Assembly (NCBI GenBank): GCA_012520635.1
Contig: JAAYNY010000051.1
Span: forward strand, 1-60,229
Source of the DNA: Clostridiales bacterium
GTDB taxonomy: Bacteria; Bacillota; Clostridia; Lachnospirales; Lachnospiraceae
DNA: 60,229 nt
Reading direction: 5' to 3'
The notes under the pieces were generated by a model. That model had not been told where the DNA came from. It ran no database searches and saw only the letters and a list, made by a program, of their open reading frames with translations. The position numbers and the translations under genes are program-made. Below are positions 38,563 through 46,931 of this stretch, piece after piece. Every line of letters begins with the position of its first letter. The stretch's first letter is position 1.

Positions 38563-39237
38563 ATGAGTAAAAATCAAGAGTATTATCAGGAAGTTTTGAG
38601 TTTTTGGAAGGATTTAACACAGGATCAAAAGGCTCTTATAAATCAGTCTATTACCAAAAAACATTTTAACAAAGGCGAAGCAATGCACAGTGGTTCTAGT
38701 AATTGTTCTGGTCTATTTCTCATTGAAAGTGGGCAAGTTAGAGCCTATATAATATCGGAGAATGGGAAAGAGATAACTCTCTATCGATTATTTGATAGAG
38801 ATGTCTGCTTATTTACTGCCTCTTGCATTATGAATAACATAAATTTTGAAATATTTATTGAAACAGAAAAGGAAACCAGTGCCTATCTAATACCTACCAG
38901 TATATATGATAAGGTATCTAAGGAATCTATGGCAGTTCAATCTTTTACCAATGAACTTATGGCATCAAGATTCTCAGATGTTATGTGGATTATGGAGCAA
39001 GCTTTATTTATGACCTTGGATAAAAGGCTGGCAATATTTCTAGTGGAACAATCTAATATTGACCAGTCTGACAGTGTTATGATTACCCATGAGAAGATAG
39101 CAAATCACTTGGGAACAGCCAGGGAAGTTGTATCTCGTATGTTGAAGTATTTTCAGGATGAGGGAATCCTTACTCTTAATAGAGGAACTATACATATAAT
39201 AGATAGAAAGAAGCTAGAGAAGTTATCTATGCAATAA
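38563..39237 (+). CDS. Crp/Fnr-family regulator
   Basis: GKEITLYRL; HTH ITHEKIANHLGTAREVVSRML. Confidence 0.93.
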   Translation: MSKNQEYYQEVLSFWKDLTQDQKALINQSITKKHFNKGEAMHSGSSNCSGLFLIESGQVRAYIISENGKEITLYRLFDRDVCLFTASCIMNNINFEIFIETEKETSAYLIPTSIYDKVSKESMAVQSFTNELMASRFSDVMWIMEQALFMTLDKRLAIFLVEQSNIDQSDSVMITHEKIANHLGTAREVVSRMLKYFQDEGILTLNRGTIHIIDRKKLEKLSMQ

Positions 39238-39264
39238 ATATAACAATACGAAGGAGGTAATTTA

Positions 39265-40860
39265 ATGCAATTGACTTTTTTAGGGGCTACCCATGAAGTA
39301 ACAGGCAGCTGTTTTTACCTGCAAGCTTGCGGAAAGAACATTCTGATAGACTGTGGTATGGAACAGGGAGTAGATTCTTTTGAGAATCAAGAAATCCCTA
39401 TTCCGGCAGCAGATGTGGACGCTGTGCTTTTAACTCATGCTCATATTGACCATTCCGGCAAGTTGCCTATGCTATATAGCAATGGGTTTAGGGGAGAAAT
39501 TCATGCTACTGGTGCAACCAACGCTTTATGTGATATTATGCTACGGGATAGTGCACATATCCAAATACAAGAAGCAGAATGGCGCAACAGAAAGGGAAGA
39601 AGATCTGGTGAGAAGGCTTATGTACCAATCTTTGATATGGAAGATGCATTAGCCACTATTCGTATGTTTAGATCCCATGATTATAATGAAAAGTTTAAAT
39701 TATATGATGGGATAGAGGTTAGATTTACTGATGTGGGACATTTACTGGGATCAGCCAGTATAGAGGTATGGGTTACTGAAGAAGGTGTAAGCAAGAAAAT
39801 AGTCTTTTCTGGTGATATAGGTAATCTTAATCAACCTTTGATTAAGAATCCCCAATATATCAAAGAAGCGGACTATGTTGTAATGGAATCTACTTACGGT
39901 GATAGAAATCATGAAACACCCCCTGACTACCTCAGTGAATTAACCCCTATTATACAAGAAACCCTTGATAGAGGAGGTAACCTTGTTATACCATCCTTCG
40001 CAGTGGGGCGGACTCAGGTTCTATTATATTTTATTAGAAAGATAAAAGAAGATAGACTAATAAAAGGCCATGATAACTTTAAAGTATATATAGATAGTCC
40101 AATGGCCATTGAGGCTACTAATATTTTTGAAAAAAACATAGAAGGGTATTTTGATGATGAAGCTATGGCCTTGATAAGAGCCGGAATTAATCCTATTAGT
40201 TTTCCTGGTTTAACCACAGCCATTACAGCGGATGAATCTAAGGCAATTAATTTTAATGATGAGCCAAAGATTATTATATCTGCATCTGGAATGTGTGATG
40301 CTGGTAGAATTCGTCATCATCTTAAGCATAATCTTTGGAGGGAAGATAGTACAATTCTTTTTGTAGGTCATCAATCCGAAGGAAGTTTGGGAAAAAGAAT
40401 TCTTGATGGTGCATCTGAAATAAAGCTATTTAGTGAGACAATAGCAGTAAAAGCTAACATCCGTCGTCTTGGTGGTGTAAGTGGTCATGCTGACAGAGAT
40501 GGATTACTTAAGTGGCTTGGATCCTATGAAAAGAAACCTGAAAGAGTATTTGTGGTTCATGGTGACCATGAGGTGTGTAAAATGTTCACCCAATACCTTG
40601 GAGATGAACTTTCCTATAATGCATATGCTCCATATAGTGGTACTGTAGTTGATTTGGCCACAAATGAAATTATAGTTGAAGGAAAGCCAATACCAGTAGA
40701 GAAGAAAAAAGATAAAAAGGTGACGACAGCCTTTGAAAGATTGGTTAATGCTGGTAAGAGGCTTGTTTCAGTTATTCAAAAAAATAAAGGCGGTACCAAT
40801 AAAGATCTAAGCAAATTTGCCAACCAAATCAATTCTCTTTGTGATAAGTGGGATAGATAA
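39265..40860 (+). CDS. MBL-fold beta-CASP RNA-processing hydrolase
   Basis: LTHAHIDHSG, GHLLGSA, FSGDIG, MESTYG, ASGMC.AGR, SGHAD, VHG. Confidence 0.93.
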   Translation: MQLTFLGATHEVTGSCFYLQACGKNILIDCGMEQGVDSFENQEIPIPAADVDAVLLTHAHIDHSGKLPMLYSNGFRGEIHATGATNALCDIMLRDSAHIQIQEAEWRNRKGRRSGEKAYVPIFDMEDALATIRMFRSHDYNEKFKLYDGIEVRFTDVGHLLGSASIEVWVTEEGVSKKIVFSGDIGNLNQPLIKNPQYIKEADYVVMESTYGDRNHETPPDYLSELTPIIQETLDRGGNLVIPSFAVGRTQVLLYFIRKIKEDRLIKGHDNFKVYIDSPMAIEATNIFEKNIEGYFDDEAMALIRAGINPISFPGLTTAITADESKAINFNDEPKIIISASGMCDAGRIRHHLKHNLWREDSTILFVGHQSEGSLGKRILDGASEIKLFSETIAVKANIRRLGGVSGHADRDGLLKWLGSYEKKPERVFVVHGDHEVCKMFTQYLGDELSYNAYAPYSGTVVDLATNEIIVEGKPIPVEKKKDKKVTTAFERLVNAGKRLVSVIQKNKGGTNKDLSKFANQINSLCDKWDR

Positions 40861-40992
40861 ACTGAGAATCAAAAATTTGTTCTTGATCTTAGATGCAAGA
40901 AAATGAATTTAAGACAGAAAAACATCGAATGTACGTTTACATATTCCCTTCTTTGTGTTAATATATTTTCATAACATTAAGGAGGGTTATTT

Positions 40993-42294
40993 GTGGATTA
41001 TATAATTGATAAGGAAAAAGTTCATAAAATTATGAGGTCTAATGGTATCTCTACCCAACAAGAACTAGCTAATATGATTGGGATAACTAAGAATCAATTA
41101 TCAGTTGTGTTATCATCAAAAACAGTACCATTTAAAAGCTCATATTTAAAGCTTTGTTCTGTTTTAGATGTATCCCCCTTTGAGATTATTAGTTTGAATA
41201 ATAATGATGAAGATAAAAAAGATAATAGTGACTCTGTTAATAATCAATTAGAGGAGCAATATATAGATGTATCAACAGTAGTTCCTAAGAGGACTTATAA
41301 TGCAGTAGAACTATTTGCTGGAGCAGGAGGATTAGCTCTTGGTTTTGAGCAGGCCGGGTTTAAAGAGCATGCTTTAGTAGAAATTGATAAATATGCTGCA
41401 GAAACCCTTAGAATCAACAGACCTAAGTGGAATGTAATTGAAGATGATATAATAAAGGTTGCAGATGAAGGAATTAGCAAATATATACCAAGTGGGCTAG
41501 AAATAGATTTGGTTTCAGGAGGATATCCATGTCAAGCATTTAGCTATGCAGGTAATAAATTGGGACTTGATGATGTTCGTGGAACTATGTTTTATTACTT
41601 TGCACAGATAGTTGATGAGCTTAAACCAAAGATGTTCTTAGCTGAGAATGTAAGGGGGTTAATATCCCATGATGGAGGAAAGACCCTTAAAACCATGGTA
41701 AATATATTTGAGAGTCTTGGATATAATGTAACTTGGCATCTGCTAAAGTCTAATGATTATAATGTTGCTCAAAAGAGACAAAGAGTAATTATAGTAGGTA
41801 TTAATGAAAAATATGATCTTAGATACATATTACCAAAACCTTATGAATATAAACCAGTACTTCGAGATGCTTTAAAGGATGTTCCAGACTCCATTGGAGA
41901 ACAATATCCACTTAAGAAAAAGAAAGTATTGGACTTGGTACCTCCTGGAGGATACTGGAGGGACTTACCTGAAGAAATTGCAAAAGAGTATATGGGAAAA
42001 AGCTATTACTCAGGTGGTGGTCGTACTGGTATGGCTCGCAGGATATCTTGGGATGAGCCCTGTTTAACTTTAACATGCAGCCCGGCTCAAAAGCAAACAG
42101 AAAGATGCCATCCTGATGAAACAAGGCCATTCACTGTAAGGGAATATGCAAGAATACAAAGCTTCCCAGATGATTGGCAGTTCTCAGGTGCAATGGGACA
42201 ACAATACAAGCAGATAGGTAATGCTGTGCCTGTAGAGATGGCAAAGGCTATTGGTTTATCAATAATACATACTTTAAATCAAATGGAGGATTAG
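40993..42294 (+). CDS. C5 cytosine DNA methyltransferase with N-terminal XRE-like HTH
   Basis: ELFAGAGG, GYPCQAFS, ENV, QKRQR, TVREYARIQSFPD, YKQIGNAVP; N-terminal TQQELANMIGITKNQLS; target-recognition region recalls GGNCC-type enzymes (from memory). Confidence 0.93.
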   Translation: MDYIIDKEKVHKIMRSNGISTQQELANMIGITKNQLSVVLSSKTVPFKSSYLKLCSVLDVSPFEIISLNNNDEDKKDNSDSVNNQLEEQYIDVSTVVPKRTYNAVELFAGAGGLALGFEQAGFKEHALVEIDKYAAETLRINRPKWNVIEDDIIKVADEGISKYIPSGLEIDLVSGGYPCQAFSYAGNKLGLDDVRGTMFYYFAQIVDELKPKMFLAENVRGLISHDGGKTLKTMVNIFESLGYNVTWHLLKSNDYNVAQKRQRVIIVGINEKYDLRYILPKPYEYKPVLRDALKDVPDSIGEQYPLKKKKVLDLVPPGGYWRDLPEEIAKEYMGKSYYSGGGRTGMARRISWDEPCLTLTCSPAQKQTERCHPDETRPFTVREYARIQSFPDDWQFSGAMGQQYKQIGNAVPVEMAKAIGLSIIHTLNQMED

Positions 42295-42300
42295 GGTTTT

Positions 42301-43047
42301 CTAATCCTCCAAAGCATTTTCTATTTCTATAGCTAATTCATCTATAACTTTCTCGATTAAGGCACTGCCATCAAATTCTGAAGCCACATCAGCCATGGCA
42401 TTTGTTATAATACTATAAAAATTCTCTTCACCAGTTAACCTATGCCAAAATTCTTTTCCGATGTAGACAGGATAATTTTTCTGTATGTTTTTATAATGGC
42501 TACTTAATTCATTAGGTTCTCCATAAAAAACGCCCACAATTAAATCATTTAATCCTATGCTTAGATTATTAGTCCTGGCCAGATTTTTAATTGACCTAAA
42601 ATGATCATCAATTGTTTTGACATCATCCTTATTAATTGTATTAGGTCCTGCTTTGATTTGGCAGTATTTACGTCTGCCATCAATTGTATCTATAAACTCT
42701 ATGTCTATACCGCTTGTAGTTGATGCATAGCCTTCAAGGATAGTACTACAAAACTTCTGTAGTTTATTTCCAAATGTTGTATTGATTGAAGAACCTAATA
42801 CTCGTGGATATACTAAAGCCTGGGCAATGCTTTTAGCAGATGCATTACCAGTAAGAAAGTTTGCCTTATATTTATCCAAAAAGGGATTTAAATTAAAGCT
42901 GCTTAACTTCAATTTCTTGGTATTTTGAATATGGCTTTCGGCTATTTCTTCTCTAAAAAAGGTTTTGGCTCTCTCTATAATTTGCTCTTTTAGATTTTTA
43001 GGTTCGCTGTTATTTATATATGATTCTATTGGTGTTATTTTATCCAT
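42301..43047 (-). CDS. Type II restriction endonuclease (PD-(D/E)xK-like, possibly PmeII-like)
   Basis: GIDIEFID...YCQIKAGPNTINKDD; convergent with the methyltransferase. Confidence 0.75.
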   Translation of the reverse strand: MDKITPIESYINNSEPKNLKEQIIERAKTFFREEIAESHIQNTKKLKLSSFNLNPFLDKYKANFLTGNASAKSIAQALVYPRVLGSSINTTFGNKLQKFCSTILEGYASTTSGIDIEFIDTIDGRRKYCQIKAGPNTINKDDVKTIDDHFRSIKNLARTNNLSIGLNDLIVGVFYGEPNELSSHYKNIQKNYPVYIGKEFWHRLTGEENFYSIITNAMADVASEFDGSALIEKVIDELAIEIENALED

Positions 43048-43199
43048 GATCTTATCCTTTTATTTTTGTTAAATTATATCATAATACCATATTCAATACA
43101 ATCATGTGGTAAGGTTAAGCCAGATGCTATATAATTGTATAAGAGGTATATGATAATCAATTATAATATTAATAGTATCTTATTAAAAGGAGTCTTGCC

Positions 43200-43559
43200 A
43201 TGGGATGTTTAGGAAATGTTATTTGGTTTATATGTGGAGGATTTGTTAGCGGATTAAGTTGGTTACTTGCAGGGATTTTGTGGAGTATTACTATTATTGG
43301 TATACCAGTTGGAAGGCAGTGTTTTAAGTTGGCAAGCCTATCCTTCTTTCCTTTTGGAAAAGAAGTTGTATATGGAGGAGGGGCAGGCTCCTTGTTCTTA
43401 AATATCATTTGGTTACTAATAACTGGAATACCACTTGCCATTGAATCAGCTGTCTTTGGTGTTTTGCTTTGTATTACAATAGTGGGGATACCATTTGGAT
43501 TACAGCATTTTAAGATTGCTAAATTGGCTTTAATGCCTTTTGGTGCACATATAAGATAA
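43200..43559 (+). CDS. YccF-domain inner membrane protein
   Basis: Duplicated N.IW...G and ITI.GIP.G.Q.FK.A.L...PFG. Confidence 0.92.
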   Translation: MGCLGNVIWFICGGFVSGLSWLLAGILWSITIIGIPVGRQCFKLASLSFFPFGKEVVYGGGAGSLFLNIIWLLITGIPLAIESAVFGVLLCITIVGIPFGLQHFKIAKLALMPFGAHIR

Positions 43560-43645
43560 TGATATTAAATGAATAAGCCTTCTATATATTGCAAATATTA
43601 TTGTTGAAAAGTAAATATTTGCATTATTATATTAGGAGGGTTTAT

Positions 43646-43912
43646 ATGCCTGAGATAGGAAATATATTCGTGTGGTTGATACTTGGAGGGATTTCCGGCT
43701 GGATTGCAAGTAAGATTATGAAAAAAGATGAAGAAATGGGTATGGGAATGAATATTCTGGTTGGCATCATCGGTGCATTTATTGGTGGATGGCTAGCAGG
43801 AGTATTCGGTCTAGGTCCTGCAACTGGTTTAAATCTATGGAGTTTTTTGATATCTACTCTAGGATCGGTTGTATTGCTATCAATTATAGGTTTATTTAAA
43901 AGAAAACTTTAA
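43646..43912 (+). CDS. GlsB/YeaQ/YmgE stress-response membrane protein
   Basis: WLILGGISGWIASKIM...NILVGIIGAFIGG; AGGAGG RBS before ATG 43646. Confidence 0.9.
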   Translation: MPEIGNIFVWLILGGISGWIASKIMKKDEEMGMGMNILVGIIGAFIGGWLAGVFGLGPATGLNLWSFLISTLGSVVLLSIIGLFKRKL

Positions 43913-43935
43913 ACATGTTTTTTGGTAATAAATAG

Positions 43936-43961
43936 AGCATATCATATTAGTATGATATGCT
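43936..43961 (+). terminator. Terminator hairpin
   Basis: AGCATATCATA-TTAG-TATGATATGCT. Confidence 0.6.
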
Positions 43962-44235
43962 TTATCTATAATGTAAATCCAACTAGCAATTGTGTGATAA
44001 TTTAACTTGTTTTTTGGGAAGTTTTAGTTTAATATATAGATACAAATGAAAAGTCATATGTTTTTCTACATTTCAACTACAAATCTCTTATTACTACACA
44101 TGTTAATAGTCTTCAAAATTCTGACTAGTTTACCCGAGATGGATTAGGATAAATTTTATATTTGTAATGTTGATGAAAATAAATACATGTTCATTATATA
44201 TTACTATTTAATTAATCTTATATGAAAGGGGTAAA

Positions 44236-44880
44236 GTGATGGAAACAAGATCGATTAAAATTCATGCACCGACTAACAAAAAGATAGCAATTAAGGTTAT
44301 ACCGGGACATTTTGCCACAAACAACTCTCACATAAACCTTTATATTGACCTGACTACTACACAGACCCGTCATAGTGAAGCTATGGAATGTGCCCGTGTA
44401 ATGGCTATGCAGTATATGAATACTGTAGTTGTTGATACTATAGTTTGTCTGGATAATTGTGATGTAATAGGAGCATTCATGGCTCAGGAGTTAAGTAATG
44501 CTGGAATCCGCTCTATGAACGCCCATCAGACAATGTATATTGTCTCACCAGAATTTAACACCAATGGTCAGATGATTTTTAGGGACTGTAACCAACCAGC
44601 TATATTTAATAAGAAGGTACTTCTTCTGGTTGCCTCTGTAACAACTGGAGATACAGTTAAAAGAAGCATTGACTGTATCAAATACTACGGTGGTGACATA
44701 AGTGGTATAAGTGCTATATTCTCTGCTGTTAATCAGGTGGAAGGATATAAGGTGAATTCCATATATGGCAAAAAGGATCTTCCTGATTATAAAATATATG
44801 ATATTAATGAATGTCCTCTTTGTAAGTCCAGTCATAGACTTGAGGCCATAGTAAATGGTTATGGATATATGAAGATATAA
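44236..44880 (+). CDS. Type I phosphoribosyltransferase-fold protein (OPRT-like) with degenerate PRPP loop
   Basis: GHF.T..SH..LYID; VLLLVASVTTG; C-terminal CPLC. Confidence 0.7.
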   Translation: MMETRSIKIHAPTNKKIAIKVIPGHFATNNSHINLYIDLTTTQTRHSEAMECARVMAMQYMNTVVVDTIVCLDNCDVIGAFMAQELSNAGIRSMNAHQTMYIVSPEFNTNGQMIFRDCNQPAIFNKKVLLLVASVTTGDTVKRSIDCIKYYGGDISGISAIFSAVNQVEGYKVNSIYGKKDLPDYKIYDINECPLCKSSHRLEAIVNGYGYMKI

Positions 44881-44890
44881 AATAAAAGCA

Positions 44891-45012
44891 AAAGGCTATA
44901 TAGAGGAACGGGCGGTTGAAATCGCTAATTATATTATTGAGAATAATGCAATTGTGAGGCAGACCGCTAAACAGTTCGGCATATGAAAGTCGACGGTACG
45001 TACAGTTGTACC
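44891..45012 (+). pseudogene. Decayed duplicate of spoIIID 5' end with att-like dyad at the junction
   Basis: 44891-44999 matches 46406-46514 at 107/109 nt; no ATG; TCA>TGA at 44984-44986; then diverges at GGTAC-N8-GTACC. Confidence 0.9.
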
Positions 45013-45100
45013 AATCGGTGTAGGTTAAAATGGATAATAGAATATAACTAAAAACACTTATAAATCAAGGCTTATTTTGAAAAAAGATATACCAGATAGC

Positions 45101-45139
45101 AATATGACGATACGCTTATATCTAGCGTATCGTCATATT
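45101..45139. terminator. Perfect 16-bp-arm hairpin, probable terminator
   Basis: AATATGACGATACGCT-TATATCT-AGCGTATCGTCATATT followed by TTAATTTTTT. Confidence 0.75.
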
Positions 45140-45257
45140 TTAATTTTTTGGTGCAAGATATAGTTTGGGTGCCTGGTATCGACCGGCTAATATATCATCA
45201 TTAATAACTTCATCTAGTACCTATTAGTTAAGCACAGGGTTAACCTTTTATAAGAAA

Positions 45258-45806
45258 CTATTCATATAAATAATCATGTAAATCGTATTCTATTTCAGAT
45301 CCTTCTAAACGCCACTTAATAAATTGATTGTTAACCTTATGGCTACGATACCTATAAAGCAAATCATTATTATTGCCCTTATCTCTAAAATCAATTCCAA
45401 GAAAATAGAATTCACCATTAGCATTTTTATTATGCCTTTGCTCAAAATAGTTATAAATTGTTTCATCTGAAAGTGCAAGCATTATTTCAATCAATATTGG
45501 CTCCACTTCACCATAACGATAGTTTTTGGATTTTAAATAAACATCCAAATAGCAATGAGGGTCAATGTCAGTTACGGTTATATTACTTATATAGCTATAC
45601 TTTTCCTTTAAACCATTTTTAAAGTCAAAGAATATTTTATTATTTACTCTATATCTAATCATCAATATACTAATAATAACAAGTGAAAAAGCCAATATAT
45701 ATCTCCACTTTAATCGTTTCTTTGCTATAAGATAAGCAAGGATAAATAAGCATGTGAAAAAAATCATTAAAACCAGAATAATCTTCCGCAGTATGATATT
45801 ATTCAT
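45258..45806 (-). CDS. Hypothetical membrane protein (2 TM + soluble domain), possible immunity protein
   Basis: 182-aa ORF with two hydrophobic N-terminal helices, AT-rich; family not recognised. Confidence 0.6.
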   Translation of the reverse strand: MNNIILRKIILVLMIFFTCLFILAYLIAKKRLKWRYILAFSLVIISILMIRYRVNNKIFFDFKNGLKEKYSYISNITVTDIDPHCYLDVYLKSKNYRYGEVEPILIEIMLALSDETIYNYFEQRHNKNANGEFYFLGIDFRDKGNNNDLLYRYRSHKVNNQFIKWRLEGSEIEYDLHDYLYE

Positions 45807-45812
45807 GACTTT

Positions 45813-45986
45813 TCAATAAAGTAAGCACTCATATACAGATTCCCCATCTATAAAGTCATCGAGATCTAGATAGGAATAACCACCCCATGTTGATACTTTT
45901 ACTTTAACTGTATCTTGAATTTTATCTACTTTTAGTTCAGTTATAACTACCCAGTGAGTTGCAAATGAACTTTGGGTCCAACTAAA
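45813..45986 (-). pseudogene. Start-less 3' gene fragment resembling a papain/C39-like peptidase tail
   Basis: Hand translation SWTQSSFATHWVVITELKVDKIQDTVKVKVSTWGGYSYLDLDDFIDGESVYECLLY*; no ATG before upstream stop at 46026. Confidence 0.4.
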
Positions 45987-46311
45987 ATAAATACAATATT
46001 TAACTTTATTCTTTGTTATAGTACTTTATTAGGAATGTTTTGTCAATGGCGGTCTTTTGCGCACAGTTTTAAAAGGTGAATCTATTTATAACTGCCCAAT
46101 TATCCACCGCTTACCATCTTAATCTGTTCTTTTTCCACATCCGATTTCAATAATAATCTGGCTTTTCTATTTTTGTGTGCATTTGTGAATAATTTAGTTG
46201 AATTTGCCCCCTTGCAAGTATGTTTACTATTGTTTTACTACACTTACCAAAGCTGTTTTACCTATCTGTGTCATATCAGATCTTTGATTTTTCACTTTTC
46301 CAAGCTTTCAA

Positions 46312-46342
46312 TGTACTACCACCAATTTTCCCTGCATACAAT
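46312..46342 (+). promoter_or_regulatory. sigE-like promoter of spoIIID
   Basis: CATACAAT -10 at 46335-46342; spoIIID is sigE-dependent in Bacillus and Clostridium. Confidence 0.55.
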
Positions 46343-46402
46343 GTAACAACAACGATATTAAGGGGGAATGCGTTCCGCCTGCCAGGCAGGGACGCAGACA
46401 CT

Positions 46403-46663
46403 ATGAAAGGCTATATAGAGGAACGGGCGGTTGAAATCGCTAATTATATTATTGAGAATAATGCAACTGTGAGGCAGACCGCTAAACAGTTCGGCATATC
46501 AAAGTCGACGGTACATAAGGATGTAACGGAACGCCTATCCCAGATAAATCCTTCCCTTGCTAGTAGGGCAAGAGTTGTCTTAGACCTCAATAAGTCGGAG
46601 CGCCATATTAGAGGTGGTATGGCAACCAAAGAAAAATATATGCAAAAGACAAAAAATAATTAG
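46403..46663 (+). CDS. spoIIID: Stage III sporulation transcriptional regulator SpoIIID
   Basis: MKGYIEERAVEIANYIIENNATVRQTAKQFGISKSTVHKDVTERL...NKSERHIRGGMATKEKY; the ORF-track extension from 46220 is unlikely. Confidence 0.97.
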   Translation: MKGYIEERAVEIANYIIENNATVRQTAKQFGISKSTVHKDVTERLSQINPSLASRARVVLDLNKSERHIRGGMATKEKYMQKTKNN

Positions 46664-46681
46664 AAAATAAAATTTCACCAT

Positions 46682-46724
46682 AAAAGGTATCTTTGTATGA
46701 TATTTCACATAAGATACCTTTTTT
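46682..46724 (+). terminator. Terminator after spoIIID
   Basis: AAAAGGTATCTT...AAGATACCTTTTTT. Confidence 0.75.
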
Positions 46725-46931
46725 CATGGAATAAAGTGGCTGTTGACCTCAATAGAAAAGAAAAATTATAATAATTGTAAAGAGTATCTTAAAGAGTATC
46801 TTTTGATACATTTTTTTTAAATAAGGTGTTCAAAAAATTTAGAATATGTTATAATAACATAGTGTGCCCAAATGGCAGCACATTGTAGAATATTTAACAC
46901 AAAACTAGAGAAAGAAAGAAGGATAAGGATA

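Noticed and set aside
43960-44235. Riboswitch or sRNA in the long leader of the PRTase-like gene
   Set aside because: No purine, PyrR, T-box, SAM or other aptamer consensus and no terminator recognisable by eye; an Rfam search would settle it
45051-45075. ACTTATAAATCAAGGC as an integrase arm-type or element-end motif
   Set aside because: Single copy recognised only by impression, with no partner site or integrase in the window
46090-46235. Possible IS630-like fragment (RKARLLLKSD, minus strand)
   Set aside because: Similarity is limited to about 9 residues, with no start codon, terminal repeats or DDE region
40993-46400. One prophage or large defence island spanning the R-M genes to spoIIID
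   Set aside because: No integrase, phage or conjugation genes; ordinary genes (yccF, glsB-like, PRTase-like) separate the R-M pair from the spoIIID-linked remnant
46220-46402. N-terminal extension of SpoIIID in the ORF track
   Set aside because: Family homology begins at MKGYIEER, and the extension spans the predicted sigE promoter and SD
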